This document shows, piece after piece, positions 22,298 through 34,587 of a DNA stretch of 64,000 nucleotides (position 1 is the first letter of the stretch; the number at the start of each line of letters is the position of its first letter). This stretch comes from Rebecca billardiae RCC1528 (Eukaryota; Protista; Haptophyta). Location of the stretch: contig OZ251229.1 of assembly GCA_965240325.2 (NCBI GenBank), positions 310,001-374,000 on the forward strand. The letters are read 5' to 3'. Under the pieces are notes generated by a model that was given only the letters and a program-made list of their open reading frames with translations, made no database searches and was not told the origin of the DNA. A program made the position numbers and the translations under genes.

Positions 22298-23431
22298 GGC
22301 GAGCGGCAAACTGAAAATCCGTAACAGCTGCACTGCTGCGGCAGTGGCCAGGGCATGGCCGGCATGGGTGATGGGGATGGGCGGGGCGTGATCATTATTG
22401 CACATCAGTCGTTGGCGCGCATGTGAGCAGCCGCCTGCTTGATGCTGTCATATATAAATTATTATGGCGCACGCCCCCCCCCCCCCCCCCCGAAAGGTCT
22501 GAGCGTGAGCGAAAGCCGGGGGGGGGGGGGCGGCGCACGTGCTCCGCAAAATCAAAAAGAGGATGCGCGCAGGATTTTGGGGATTTTTCGGTAGGTGGCC
22601 ACGGCGTATGAGTGGATATCGCTGCCGCAATGATTGCATTTGTAGGAGATGCTAATTTTAACGATAGTAACACTTAGGGGAATGCAGGCTGGAATAGCAC
22701 ATAACACCAGCCGTGTGTTCGAACATTCCGTCATAGTAAGATGCCTGAATTGTAAGAGCCTGAAACAGCTCGCCAACCATAGAAACGAGAGGTTGGGTCG
22801 GCTTTGATTCACGCGCTTCTGAAAAACAGCGTTTTAGATTAGACGCATCCCTCTCCTCTTAAGAGAACTGCGCTTCAAAAACACCGTTTCAACGAAAGAC
22901 GATCGCCCGCCATTCAACTGAAACGAGATTATTCTGCATAAAGCGAACCAAACATTTGGTTCGGTGGCAATCCAATTCTTGTATTTCAGATGAACGACAC
23001 AGGCCTGAAGGCGAACATTCTCGCTCTCGACCCATATGATCATTTGTTGATGAGGCCTGAATTCGCTCATCAACAATGATGGCCGGGCCGCCTGAAAACC
23101 TCATGAGCTGAGATTTTCTACCGCTTCACGTACGACCCTTATTCTGGATTCTCCTCTATTCACTATTGTGGTGAAAACGACCGACGAAGGCTCGTGGTAA
23201 CTTACTAATCTGCAGCCGCACCGGCTGAGCCGGACAGTGAACGTCCGGGCAAAACGGGCGTGCCGCAGGCCGCACGTGAAGGCACGCGGCTCGCCTCGCG
23301 CGACAGGCACCGTACCAAAAGGCAGTCGCCAGAGCCATCGGGCTCGACGGGGTCGTCGCCAGTCCGAGCAGCCTATTATACGACCGCGTAGTCGTAGCAG
23401 CTCAGTGCATCACGCAAGTTGCGCTGGTTAT

Positions 23432-23457
<26 letters not shown>
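23432..23457. repeat. (TA)n microsatellite
   Basis: TA run seen directly. Confidence 0.85.
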
Positions 23458-23463
<6 letters not shown>

Positions 23464-23707
23464 CGGAATGCGGTGACATTGCGCGGTGACGCAAATCACG
23501 CCTGCGGCGTGGGCTGCACTCATGCAGAGACCGCATCAAACCTCCACGACCACGCTACGCGCTCCGCCCTGCTGAGGCCTTGCACCGCGCGCCATCGTGA
23601 TCATCTCCGACCCCGACCCGGTGGACCCTACGAGTCTCAGCATAGCGAGGAAGTCGGGGGCGATCTCTCGTCAATACTGCCAGCTGCGCACGCATCTGCC
23701 GTCGAGC

Positions 23708-25576
23708 TCAGTACACGGCGGAACGCCACGACGGTGTCGCCCGGCGCGAGGGCGGCACGCCCTTCTCTCCGCCAAACGACGTCAGCCGCGAGCGGGGCGC
23801 TGCCCTCGCCTCGCGGTCGTCCTCGATCCGGCGCTCGATGGCGTGCGTGGACTGCAGCAGCCGCTCAGGATCGCGCTGCACGCCTCGCGGCGTCGAGGCC
23901 GTGCCCTGCCGTCGTCCGCGCGCGGCGTGTGGCACGGGCGAGCAACGCGTCAGGCTGGCGCGCGGCGCGCACGCGCTCAGAGCTGGGATTGTTTCGAGCG
24001 CGGCCCCCGCGCGGCAGGCGCGCGCACGCACCCGCGCCATGAGCTGCTCCTTGCGCTTCTCCTGCGCCTCCTTCTCCTCCTCGCGCTTGCGCCGCTGCTC
24101 CACCGCCTTGGCGAGCAGCTGCTCGTCGCGCGCGCGCAGCCTGCGCAGCTCGGCGCGCGTGCGGCGCGCGCGCTCCGCCTTGGCCTCCGCCTCGCGCTGG
24201 CCCACGATCTGCGAGACCGCCGCGTCGCGCGCGGCGCGCTCGGCGAGGCGCGCCTCGAACTCGGCGCGCTGCTTGATCTGCTCGCGCGCCTCGCGCTCGC
24301 GCCGCCGCTTCAGCTCCTCGTCCGCCTCGCGCTTCGCCGCCTCCGCCGCCGCCGCCTCCGCCGCCTTGGCCGCCTGCCAGCGCGCCACCTCCTCGTCCCG
24401 CGCGGCGCGCGCGCGCGCGGCCGCCGCGCGCGCGGCGGCGCGCGCCTCGGCCTCGCGAGCCGCGGCGCGCTCCTCGAGCTCGAGCTCGCGCTGCGCGCGC
24501 TGCGCCGCCGTCGCGCTGCGCGCCGCGCGCCACGCCGCCACCAGCTCGCGCTTGTGCGCCAGCAGCCCCTCGCGCGCCTCGCACGCGGCCGCATGTGCAC
24601 GGACCTCGGGCTCCGTGTGCGAGCGCAGCCGACGCGCCGCGAGCGCGAGCAGCCGAGGGCTGGTGAAGGGCACGGCGCCGAGCTGCGCGCGGAGGCGGAG
24701 GAGCTCGTCGTGCTCCGACGCCTCCCACCCGCACGTCGGGCCGCCCAGCTTCGCCAGCTTCGCGTCGAGCTCGGCGATGGCGGCGGTGTGCGCGCGCGAC
24801 GCCTCGTCCGCGCCCTCCGCCTCGCCCTCGGCGCCGTCCGAGGCTTCGGCGCCCGCGGTGGTGGGCCGGCGGGCGTGGTCCTCGGGCGCGGCGGCCCACG
24901 CGCGCGTGCGCGTCGAGAGCGCCGAGCGAGGCCTCGTCCGCGCCGCCGCCGCCGCCCCCGCCGCGCCCTTTGGCGGCCGCGCGGGGCCGAGCGCCGCCCA
25001 CGCGTCAAAGTCTGAAGCGTGCTCGGCCAGCTCCGCGCTCAGCTCCTCCTCCTCGCGCGCGAGGGCGAGCGAGGCGCGCGTGAGCTGCGCGCGCGAGGCA
25101 GTCAGCCGCGCCTCCAGGGACTCCATCGTGCCCCGCAGCTCGTCCAGGTACGACGGGCTCGTGCTGACGCGCAGCATGAGCGCGCGCGCGGCCGCGCCGT
25201 CCTCGCGCAGCTCGCGCAGCTCGCGCGTGAGCTTGGCGCGCTCCGCGTCGCGCGCCGCAGCCTTCTCCTTGGCGTACTGCGCGATCGGCGCGATCTCCGC
25301 GCCGAGCTCTCGCTCGGCGACCACGTTCGGCGGCAGGACCCCCCGCGCGAGCAGCAGCTCGCGCTGCACGAGCACGCGCAGCTGCTCGGCCCACCGGAGC
25401 TTGTCGCCCGCGCGCTCGCTCGAGGGGGGCGGCGCGGGCGAGCCGAGCGGCGCCGGCTGCTCGCAGAGGCGCTTCAGCGCGGCCGCGTACTCGGGGTCCA
25501 TCTTCAGCCGCGACGCCGTCCGCCCACCGGCGCTCGGCGGCGTGGCGAACGTGCCGCTCGCCATGGCGCCCTCCAT
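23708..25576 (-). CDS. CCDC112: CCDC112-like coiled-coil protein; probable in-frame intron 23906-24031
   Basis: GGPTCGWEASEHDELLRLR, EVRAH...KRELVAAWR, C-terminal RDPERLLQST...RRATPSWR, as recalled for CCDC112/CCDC148. Long coiled coil. Confidence 0.7.
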   Translation of the reverse strand: MEGAMASGTFATPPSAGGRTASRLKMDPEYAAALKRLCEQPAPLGSPAPPPSSERAGDKLRWAEQLRVLVQRELLLARGVLPPNVVAERELGAEIAPIAQYAKEKAAARDAERAKLTRELRELREDGAAARALMLRVSTSPSYLDELRGTMESLEARLTASRAQLTRASLALAREEEELSAELAEHASDFDAWAALGPARPPKGAAGAAAAARTRPRSALSTRTRAWAAAPEDHARRPTTAGAEASDGAEGEAEGADEASRAHTAAIAELDAKLAKLGGPTCGWEASEHDELLRLRAQLGAVPFTSPRLLALAARRLRSHTEPEVRAHAAACEAREGLLAHKRELVAAWRAARSATAAQRAQRELELEERAAAREAEARAAARAAAARARAARDEEVARWQAAKAAEAAAAEAAKREADEELKRRREREAREQIKQRAEFEARLAERAARDAAVSQIVGQREAEAKAERARRTRAELRRLRARDEQLLAKAVEQRRKREEEKEAQEKRKEQLMARVRARACRAGAALETIPALSACAPRASLTRCSPVPHAARGRRQGTASTPRGVQRDPERLLQSTHAIERRIEDDREARAAPRSRLTSFGGEKGVPPSRRATPSWRSAVY

Positions 25577-25738
25577 CTGCGCTGAAATCAAACCCGCGCC
25601 TGCGCTTTCCGCCTGCGAACGCTCCGCCCAACGGCTGTTCTCCCGACCGAGCGGCCCAAAGACAGTGCCAACGGAAAAGCTGAGCAGCGTGCGCTGCAGG
25701 ATGGGGGCTCGGCGTAGCGCGTGAGCCGAGGCAGTGGC

Positions 25739-28155
25739 ATGGACGGCGCGCACGAGCTGCACCGGTACGGCGCGGGGCTCCGCGCTCTGCGCGATCTGGC
25801 GCCCGAGCTCATCGGCCGGCGCGCGCTGACGACGCTCAACCTGCACGGCAACGCCCTGCGCGAGGTGGACGGCGAATCGATTGCGCCGCTCGTGCCGGCG
25901 CTCGACGCGCTCAACCTCTCGTCCAACGAGCTCGAGTCGATGGCGGGCGTCGGGAGCTTCGGCGCGCTCACCGTGCTGGACCTCTCGAGCAACCGCCTCG
26001 CCCGCATCGACGGCCTCGCGCGGCTGCACCAGCTCGCGCGCCTCTCTCTCGCGTACAACCACCTGACGAGCCTTGCCGGCCTCGTCGCCGCGCACGGCGG
26101 CCCGCTGCGCCACCTCGACGTGCGCGGCAATCGCATCAGCTCGACGCACGAGCTGTACTACCTCGACGGCCTCGGCGCGCTGCAGGTGTGTGCGCGCGCG
26201 CGCACCCCTGCCGCGCCCGGCGGCGGCGGCGGCCCGACGGGCGCCGCTGCGGATTCGGCGGCTGTGTCGCGCGCCGCGTCTCTGGGCTGAGCGAGCACGC
26301 GCATCCGCGCGCGCGCGCGCGCGCGCGCGTGCTCGCGCGCGCAGGATCTCCTCCTCTCGCTGCCGGCGAAGGGCTCCAACCCCGTCTGCGCCGACGCGCG
26401 CTGCCGAGGCCTCGCGCTCGCCCTCGTGCCCTCGCTGCGCGCGCTCGACGGCCGCGCGGTCGGCGCGGAGGAGCTGGCGGAGGCGCACGCAAGGGGGACG
26501 GTGGCGAGCCCGCCGAGCCCGGTTGGCGCGCGGGGGGGCGCGCTGCCGCCCGCGGATGAGCGCGCGGGCGCGCTGCCGGCTGGCGGTACGGGCAGCAGCC
26601 GCGCGACGGCTCTGCACGCCGCGCGCGCGCCCGCACAGCCGGCCGAGCGCTCTGCCCGAGGTGCGAGCTGTGCGGGCACGCCGTCGTCCTCGACGTCGAC
26701 GTCGGCGTCGGCCTCGCGGCTCAGCGCGGGCAGCCTCGCGCGCTTCGTCGAGGTCTCGGAGGTGGACTCCGTCGACGTGCCGAGCCCCGCGCAGCTCGGC
26801 CGCGGCGGCCCGGGCGCGGCGGCGGCGCGGCACGGCCGTGGCGGCGCCGAGGCGGCGGCGGCGGCGCAGGAGGGCCGCGACGCGCACGGCCCTCGGCGCG
26901 AGCTGCACCTCGGGGCGGAGATGGGCGAGCCGCTGCCACCGGACCGCCCGCCGCAGCAGCACGCGCACGGCGCCGCCGCGCACGGCTCGCCCCCGCAGCC
27001 CGGCGCGCCGTGTGTCGCGCACGGGCGCGCGCACACGCCCTCCATCGACGCGCTGCTGAGCGCACGCCGTGGCGGGGCGCGGCCCTCGGCCGGGGCGGAG
27101 GCGGCCGATGCGCCGCCACCCGCTGCGCACGCCTCCGCGGCCTCCGCGGCCGCGCGCCGCGCGGCGGACGCCGAGCGCGAGGCCCGCGACGCCGAGGCTG
27201 CGTGGACACACCGAGTGCACGCAACGCAGCACAGCGGCAGCGGCGCCGCTCAGCGCGGCGCCGACCGGGGCGGCCAGGGCAGCCCCGGTCCCGACGACGG
27301 GCGGGGGCGCGACGATGGCGAGAGGCGCGGCGGCCGTCCGGGCGCGGGGGGAGCCGAGCCGCAGGCCAGGCACGCAGGTGGCGCGACGCGGCCACGGGCG
27401 GCGGCGCCGAGCGGCGGCGGGCAGCTCAGGCGCGGCGCGCCCGCCGCGCCTGCGTCCGCCGGCGGCGCCGCCGCACCGGCCTCTGCGGAGGCACACGCGA
27501 GTGCGATGCCTGCGCGAGTGCCGCACGAGCAGCCCACGCCGCCGCCGCCGCGCGCGGCGCACGGCACGGCGGGCGCGGCCGCGGCTGCACCGCCGCCGCA
27601 CGCCCTCGGCTGCAGCGCTCCGCTCTGCACAGCGGGCACGCCTGCGTGGTCAGTGCCGCAGCCGCAGCCGCAGCCGCCGCAGCCGCCGCAGCAGCAGCCG
27701 TCGCAGCAGTGGCAGCCGCAGCCGCCGCAGCAGTGGCAGCAGCAGCAGCATCTGTGTTGTCAGCCCGCCGGGACTGCGGCGCTGTGCGGCAGCGCCGGGA
27801 TCTGCCTCTGGCCGTCGTGCTGCTGCTGCGCCGCCTCCATGCCGATGGGCGCGGCGCCGAGCGCTTCGGGCGGCGGCGCGTTCGCCCCTGCGCAGAGCGC
27901 GTGTACGCCCGCACACGGCGCGCAGCCGCACGGCTCGCAGCCGGCCGGTGGCGCCGCCGCCGTCACCGCCGCCGCGCCGCCGCCGCACGGCAGCGCTGGG
28001 GCGGCTGCGACGATGCGCGTGGCGCGGCCAGACGTGGCGGCGGCGCGCGCCACACCGGCGCAGACCTTCGCAGCCTCGAGCGCACCCGCGATCCGCGCGC
28101 CAGCCGAGCCGGGCGCAGCCGCGCAGCAGCAGGCGCGCGCCACCCCCTCGCAGCC

Positions 28156-28186
<31 letters not shown>

Positions 28187-30109
28187 TGCACGCCCGCCTC
28201 AGCGGCACCGACCGTGCGCGCGGCCGCGCGCTCCGCGGGGCGCGAGCGCGGCGCGGACGCCGGCGCGGGCGCGGACGGCCCGCGCGACAGCGGTGCCAAG
28301 GCCGCCGCTGCCGCCGCCGCCGCGTGTGCCGCCGCAAGTGCCGAGGGCGCAGCACTCGAGGCACGGCTGGTGGCCGAGGCGGTGGCGGGCGCGCAGGCGC
28401 GCGAGCACGCGGCGCGCGTGTCGGAGGCGGCGCGCGCGGCGGAGACGGCGTCCCTCTCGCGCGAGGCGCGGCTCATCGCGCAGCTCTCCGCCACCGTCGA
28501 CGCCGCCGCCCACTCCGACGCCGCGCGCGCCGCCGCCGAGCAGCGCGCGGAGACGGCGCAGCGCGCGCTCGACCGCGCCGCGCACGCGGACGCGCGCACG
28601 GCGCGCGCGCACGCCGAGGCGCTGACGGTGCTGCGCTCGCTCGAGCTGGGCGCGGGGTACGGAGCGGTGGGAGACGACGCGGAGGGCGGGCGCTCCGCGC
28701 AGCACGCGTGGCGCGCGCCGCCCGCCCCCTCGCTCGGCCTCGCCAGCGTCGCGCCCGCACTGCGCTCGCTGCTCGAGCGGAGCCGCGCGGACGCGGCGCG
28801 CGCGCACGCGACGGCGCGCGCGGACGCCGAGCGCGAGGCGGAGCGCGCGGAGGCGGCGCTGGCGTCCGTCGCGTCGGCGCGCGCCGAGCTCGACGGCGCG
28901 CGCGCGCACGCGCTCGGCGCGCGCGCGCGCGCGCGCGCCGAGGCGGCCGCGCTCGGCGCCGAGCTGGCGGCGGCGGAGGCGGCGGCGGCGGACGCGACCG
29001 AGGCGGCGCGCGCGGCGCGCTCGGCAGAGGCGGGCGCGGCGGGCGCGGCGGGCGCGGCGGCGCGCGAGGCGCACGACATGCGCGCGGAGGCGCGCGCGGC
29101 GCGCGACGGCGAGTCGCGCGCGCGCGCGGCGGTGCGCGAGCTGAGCGAGCTCGTCCGGGAGTTCAAGGCGGCCGCGGCGCGCGCCGCGTCGGGCGCGGCG
29201 GACGCGCAGGCGGAGGCGAGGCGGCGCGCCGCGGCCGAGGCGCACGCCGCGGAGGCATGCGCGGCGGCGCGGCGCGAGGCGGAGGCGGCGCGCGCGGAGG
29301 CGGAGGCGGCGCGCGCCGAGGCCGCCGAGGCGCGCGGCGCGCTCGAGCGCGAGGCCCGACGCCACGCCGCCGACGCCGACGCCTCCGCGCGCGCCCACGC
29401 CGACGCGCTGTCCGTGAAGGGCGCGATGGTCGAGGACGCGCACGCGCACGCGCGCGAGCTCAAGGCCGCGCTGGCCGCGGCGGAGGGCGCGCTCGCGGAG
29501 GCGGCGGAGGAGGGCGGCGCGCGCGCCGAGCTGGCGGAGGCGCACGACGCGCTCGCGCGCGCCGAGGCGGACGCCGTCGCCGCGCGCGACGCCGCGCAGG
29601 CCGAGCGCGCCGCGCGCCGCGCCGCGGAGCGCGCGCTCGCGGACGCGCGCGAGCGCGCCGACGGCCGCGACTCGATGCTGCAGTTCGTCGAGGCGGAGGT
29701 GGCGCAGATGCGCGGGCTGTTCGAGGAGAAGGAGCGCGCGCTGGTCGACGCGCGCGCCAAGATCGCCGAGGCGGAGCGCCGCGCCGAGGCCTCCGAGGCG
29801 CGCGAGTCGAGCGCCGCAGCGCAGATCGCCGACGCGGAGACGGCGCGCGAAGCGGCCGCGCGCGCCGAGCGCGAGGCGCGCGACGCGCTGAGCGCGGCGG
29901 ACGCGCGCGCGACCGGGCTCGCCGCGGAGGTCGAGACGCAGGGCGCGGCGCTCGCCGAGAGCCACGCGCGCGCCGAGCAGCTCGAGCGCGAGCTCAAGCT
30001 CGCGCTCGCCGATGCGGAGCGGCAGCGGCTGATCGCGCAGCGCAACGTGCGCCAGCTCAGCCTGCTCGCGAGCGAGTGGCAGCAAGCGGCCTCGCCGGCG
30101 GTGACGTGA
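25739..30109 (+). CDS. LRR plus coiled-coil protein, LRRCC1/VFL1-like; intron 26186-26344
   Basis: SDS22-type LRRs (LNLHGNAL, LNLSSNEL, LDLSSNRL, LSLAYNHL, LDVRGNRI), LRRcap NPVC...LRALDG, low-complexity linker, long C-terminal coiled coil (DSMLQFVEAEVAQMRGLFEEKE). Confidence 0.75.
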
Positions 30110-30391
30110 GGCGCGAGCGCGCGGGTGGCGGCGACCGCGCGGCGCCGTGCGGACGCCTTCGGACGGAGCGTTCGTCTGAGAGACATTCGGGACGTTCAGA
30201 GTCATCCTAGAACCACTACCAAGGCGAAGCGCCGGCGGCGGCTTAGCCGCCATCGGCATCGGTCGCCAGTCCCGAAGTCCCGAACGCTCGCGACGACGAA
30301 TCACCGCGGCGACCGTTGGTTCGCTTCGGCGCCGGGCGCGTCATTCACCCAAGCAAGGTCGCCGACTCAACAGGCCGATCGGTGGGCAAGT

Positions 30392-31199
30392 ATGCGCGTC
30401 CATTGCCTGCCCTTCGCCCTTCTCGTCGTGACGAGCACGCTGCTGGGCGGAGCGGACGCCTACCACACGCGGATCCCTGGCACGCGCCTCCGACCCAAAG
30501 GCCTTCCCCGCGCGCCCGCAAAGCTCGCCGTGATCCCTCCACCGATCAACCCTGTCACCTTCAAGTGGCCCATCGTGGTCACGGGGGCATGGCTGGGCAT
30601 GTACTACAAGTACATGTGCCTGGGTCCCACGGCGCGGCTTGCGGGCACGAGCGAGGCGCACACGTTCTCCTGCGAGCGTTGCTTCGGCAACCTCCACGAG
30701 CAGTCCGTGCCTTTCCTGGCCAGCCTCTGGCTGCACGCAGCGTTTGTGTCCCCTGCGGACGCTGCCATCCTGGGCGCGGCGTGGCTCGTGCTCCGTGCGC
30801 TGTACGCTCCGTGAGTCGCTGCGCGGCGTGTGCGCATCCCGTGCAGGCCCGCCATGGGTATCGCGGGCTCTTGACACTGGCGCCCCCGCCTCTCACCGCT
30901 CTCCGACGCCATTCGGCTGCCTCGCCCCGCCGTTGCTCTCTCCCCCCCCCCGCAGGCTACGGATCCTCGGCGACTCGAAGGCGATCAACCCCAAGATGCT
31001 CGCGCTGTCCACCCTGCCGGGCTATGCCGTGATAATCTACATGGGCGTGAGCGCGGTGCTGCTCCCTTGCTTCAGCTTTGACCTCCGAGCGGCATTGCTC
31101 GGTTCGCATGTCCTCGGTACTATCGCGTGCTTTTTCGGCTTCTTTGCCTACTTCAGCGGCCTCATGAAATTCCAGAAACGCTTCTTCTCGCAGAAGTGA
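30392..31199 (+). CDS. MAPEG-family membrane protein with N-terminal signal peptide; intron 30811-30955
   Basis: ERCFGNLHEQSVPFLASLWLHA...LRALY is a MAPEG signature. A GTGAGT...CAG intron restores the frame to STLPGY. Confidence 0.78.
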
Positions 31200-31727
31200 G
31201 GCGATCCATGTTGCGAATTGTGTGCGCCGCGCCGCGTCCAAGTGAGCTCGGGCCCGGGGGCAGCGACGACAGACACGTCATCTGAAGCTGACGACTGGTC
31301 GTGTGGACACCCGCCAGTCCGAGACCGAGGCCGCCAGCTTGCTCGTAATAACTAACGTCGCTTCACGGGGCTGCGGTCGGCTTCCAGTTCCATAGTAGTG
31401 ATAGTATCGCACTGCGCGGCGCCGGCTGCACCGCCCGTTCCGCTGGACGCTGGCTCGCTCGTCACGTTGACAGCTTCTTCGTCAACCAGGTCGCGCGCGC
31501 GGGCGGTGATGACGATACACTTTCCGGCAGGCAGATCGGCGGCGCATGTCCTGTGACGACGCTCTCCGAGGACTCCTCGATGCGAAGCGCGCCCGGGCGC
31601 GCCGTCGCAGCTGCGCACGCCACGGCTTCCTCCCTTGCGGTTGGCAATGCCGGAATCGGTCAATGACGCGGAGTAGTGACTGCAACGCAGCCACCGTCGC
31701 GACGTCACTCGGACGTGGTGTCAGGTG

Positions 31728-33681
31728 TAGGTGGGTCCCTCCCAACTGGGGCGATATTCTGGCGCACTCAGAATGACGTCCTAGATTTTGTCTCTCACCC
31801 AGAATCGACGCTATAAATGCGTCCCATCGGGGCGGAGCAAAAGTTTCGACCTCAAAACCTACTCCGCGTGCCGTCGCGCGGCCGAGCGCGCGCGCGCCGC
31901 GCCAGTAGTGTCACATAGAGATTTTGCGAAGCGTTACTTCATGGTTATGGTGGCTAGATGGCGACATGCGATCGGAATTACTTATTGACAACCGTTGACA
32001 CCCGACCGAACCATTTTATGAAGCAAAGAGTGGGGCTCTATGCTGTGCGCTGATACCTCCAACAAACTACAGCAAAATCGAGCATATTACCCACTTCATA
32101 TATAGCCACTTACCCGTATATAGTATGAGTGTTACCCACTTTATATTGACCGTGGATGCGGTTCACTATATATTCAAATTCGTTCCGATATGTGGGTACG
32201 TTTGTTGGGTCATCGAATAGGCGCCGAGCGACGCGGACACGGGCAACCCGGGCCGCAACCGGACTGCCTGCGAGTGGCGCAGTGTTTGTGGCGGGCTGCG
32301 TGCCGAGGCACACACCATCGCCCGCCACCGAGCATGCCACCGTCGTCACACGGGAGCCCTCCGCCGTCGAGGCTGGACTATCAGCCAACGCCACCGCCGG
32401 AGCTTGCCGCGTTCGGCGGCTTCCGTGCTCGTACTCCGCGTGTCACCGGTCGTCGTATGCCCACCCGCGTGAGGCCGCCACCAGTCCATGACTACCGCAG
32501 CTGCAGCCCATGCCGCCGACGATGCCTCCTACCATCTTCTCGCCAGGCAGCAATACGATAGGTTCACCGACGCTGCTGCTAGGCTGAGAGCACTCAGCCA
32601 GTTGGCCGGCGAGACGTCAGATGGTTGAGCTGCTGGCCTAGCCATCACGTTGCGGCTTCCGCTCGCTCAAGTACACCCAACGTGACGACGAGAATGTGCC
32701 GGGCAATCATCAGACATGCGTCTGAGGGGTCTACTACGCCTAGCCGTAGAGTTGCTGAGTACGAGTCTTCGCAGACCACAAGCGGAACGAGTGGGACCAC
32801 CCAATGGCAGGAGCAACAGCGTGGGGTGGCACCCGCGCCTGTCAACGCGACCGCGTTCTGTCAAGAATGGACCCATATCCTGCGACCACCCTCGAGCACC
32901 GCATACTATGCCCACACTCGGCATAGGGAAGGATCGCTGAGCGCCTGCTGCCGCTGTCAAAGGCCCTGCTGATCTTCCTGGCGCTGGATCGTGCACACGG
33001 CTGGCAAGTCGGCGTGCTCGCCGCACATCGCGGCGGCTTCTCAGCATCCCAAGTCCTCAGTGCACCCATCCTAGGCCTGCTGGTCGATGATTGGTACCAA
33101 CCCCCACCAAACACGCCCTCTCGGAAGTCGCCAATCGCTTACATGGCTCCCCGAGAGCCCGGGGCTGGCTGTCGTGCGTTCTCACGAGCAGCTTGCGCAC
33201 AGCCCAAATGTCACCTTCACGGTGCGTTGAGCTGCTCAAGATGGCGGGAGCGTCAAGAGCATGCCCGTGCACGACACTGACCCATGCCTCCCGTCGCCTG
33301 ACCCGCATGTGGCAAAAACTGACCCTGCTCGAAGGCACGGGTCGAACACCCGCCGATCGATTCAAGTTGTCTGTACGCGTCTAGCCGGGCGAGAGTCAAA
33401 CATGCGGGCACGTGCCAGGCGGGGGATGTGTGACCACGGATCCCATCCGTGAGCACGCGCAAAGCGCTGGAGCGCGCGATAGGTGTTGGCTGTGGTCTAC
33501 CCGACACACGGCGGCTCGGTCGCGCTGGAGAGGCGCTCCGACATCGTCGGGAGCGTTCAGATCGGACCTCGGCCGTCGGCCCGGCGATTTTCCCGAACCG
33601 CGCCCCGCGCGAAAAGAAATCAGGCCAGAAAACCCGGTAAATGTTTTAAAGACCGCTGGAAAATCGCCAGGGACCCACCTA
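31728..33681. mobile_element. Non-autonomous DNA transposon (hAT-like), 13-bp TIRs, 7-8-bp TSD
   Basis: TAGGTGGGTCCCT at 31728-31740 and AGGGACCCACCTA at 33669-33681. Flanking direct repeat TCAGGTG(T) at 31721-31727/8 and 33682-33688/9. No intact transposase is seen inside. Confidence 0.8.
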
Positions 33682-34587
33682 TCAGGTGTGGTCGTCAGCA
33701 TGCTGAATGAATGCCAATGACGATTAACTATGATGATACTGTATAGTAGTATGATATGCTGTCAGATATGCATGCTAAGAGTCACGTCGTATGGCGGTCG
33801 TATAAAACTATGATTCACTATGATCAACTACCTATAGTATTACGCGACATGTTTCAAGACTACGTCCGGCAGCAGGGTCTTCAGCATGGGCACCTGGGGG
33901 CCTCCGTCCGCACTATCACTGTCAGTCGCGCAGCCGCTCGTTTCAGAGTACCAGACCCGCCAGTGGCTTCGAGTCGCGGCCCGGCCTCGCACACTCGCAG
34001 GCGGCAGGGCGGGGCGGCCACCGCGCCGACAGTTCACTTGGCAACAGCGGACGGCTGCCGGGCCAAAGCGCCAGTTGACCTAGTTGCATGACGAGTTCAG
34101 ATGAAGTCGTGACGTGCGCGTTGGAGATGGCTTCAATACCACTATGCCCCATTCGTCCCCCGCGCGTGAGTGCTGATGCACAGCTTCCAGTCCGTTACTA
34201 CCCCCCACTGCCTGCGCAATGCCCGCGCGGACGCTCAGAAATGGCCCATGCACGGCTCGCATGAGCCTCGCACCGTCCGCGCACAGCCACGCGAAGTGAT
34301 TTCGAGCCGCGATTCGGTGCGCGCCGTGGTAGACCGACCTGTGGCACGTTTCGGACACAGGGAACCCAAATGCCCCTTTTGGCCCTCTGATCACGACTCA
34401 TCCCGCGACGAGGAGGCGGGACGCGGCCTTCGCGCCCGCGCGTGAAGCACGACGTAGGCTCATCCCGAACGCCGCCTCGCCGCTCGCCATCGTTCGCGCC
34501 AATCGTAGTCATAGTAGTATCATGCATATTTTTCCCCGAAAAGACTGAAAGATCCTCGTCGCGAAAACGTCTCGTAACGGAGAAGCC

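Noticed and set aside
25577-27601. N-terminal extension of the 1297-aa ORF 23708..27601
   Set aside because: Overlaps the LRR gene in antisense; the credible CCDC112-like protein starts at 25576 or 25564.
27010-30210. 1066-aa alternative-frame ORF
   Set aside because: Off-frame Arg/Gly-rich shadow of the LRRCC1-like coiled coil.
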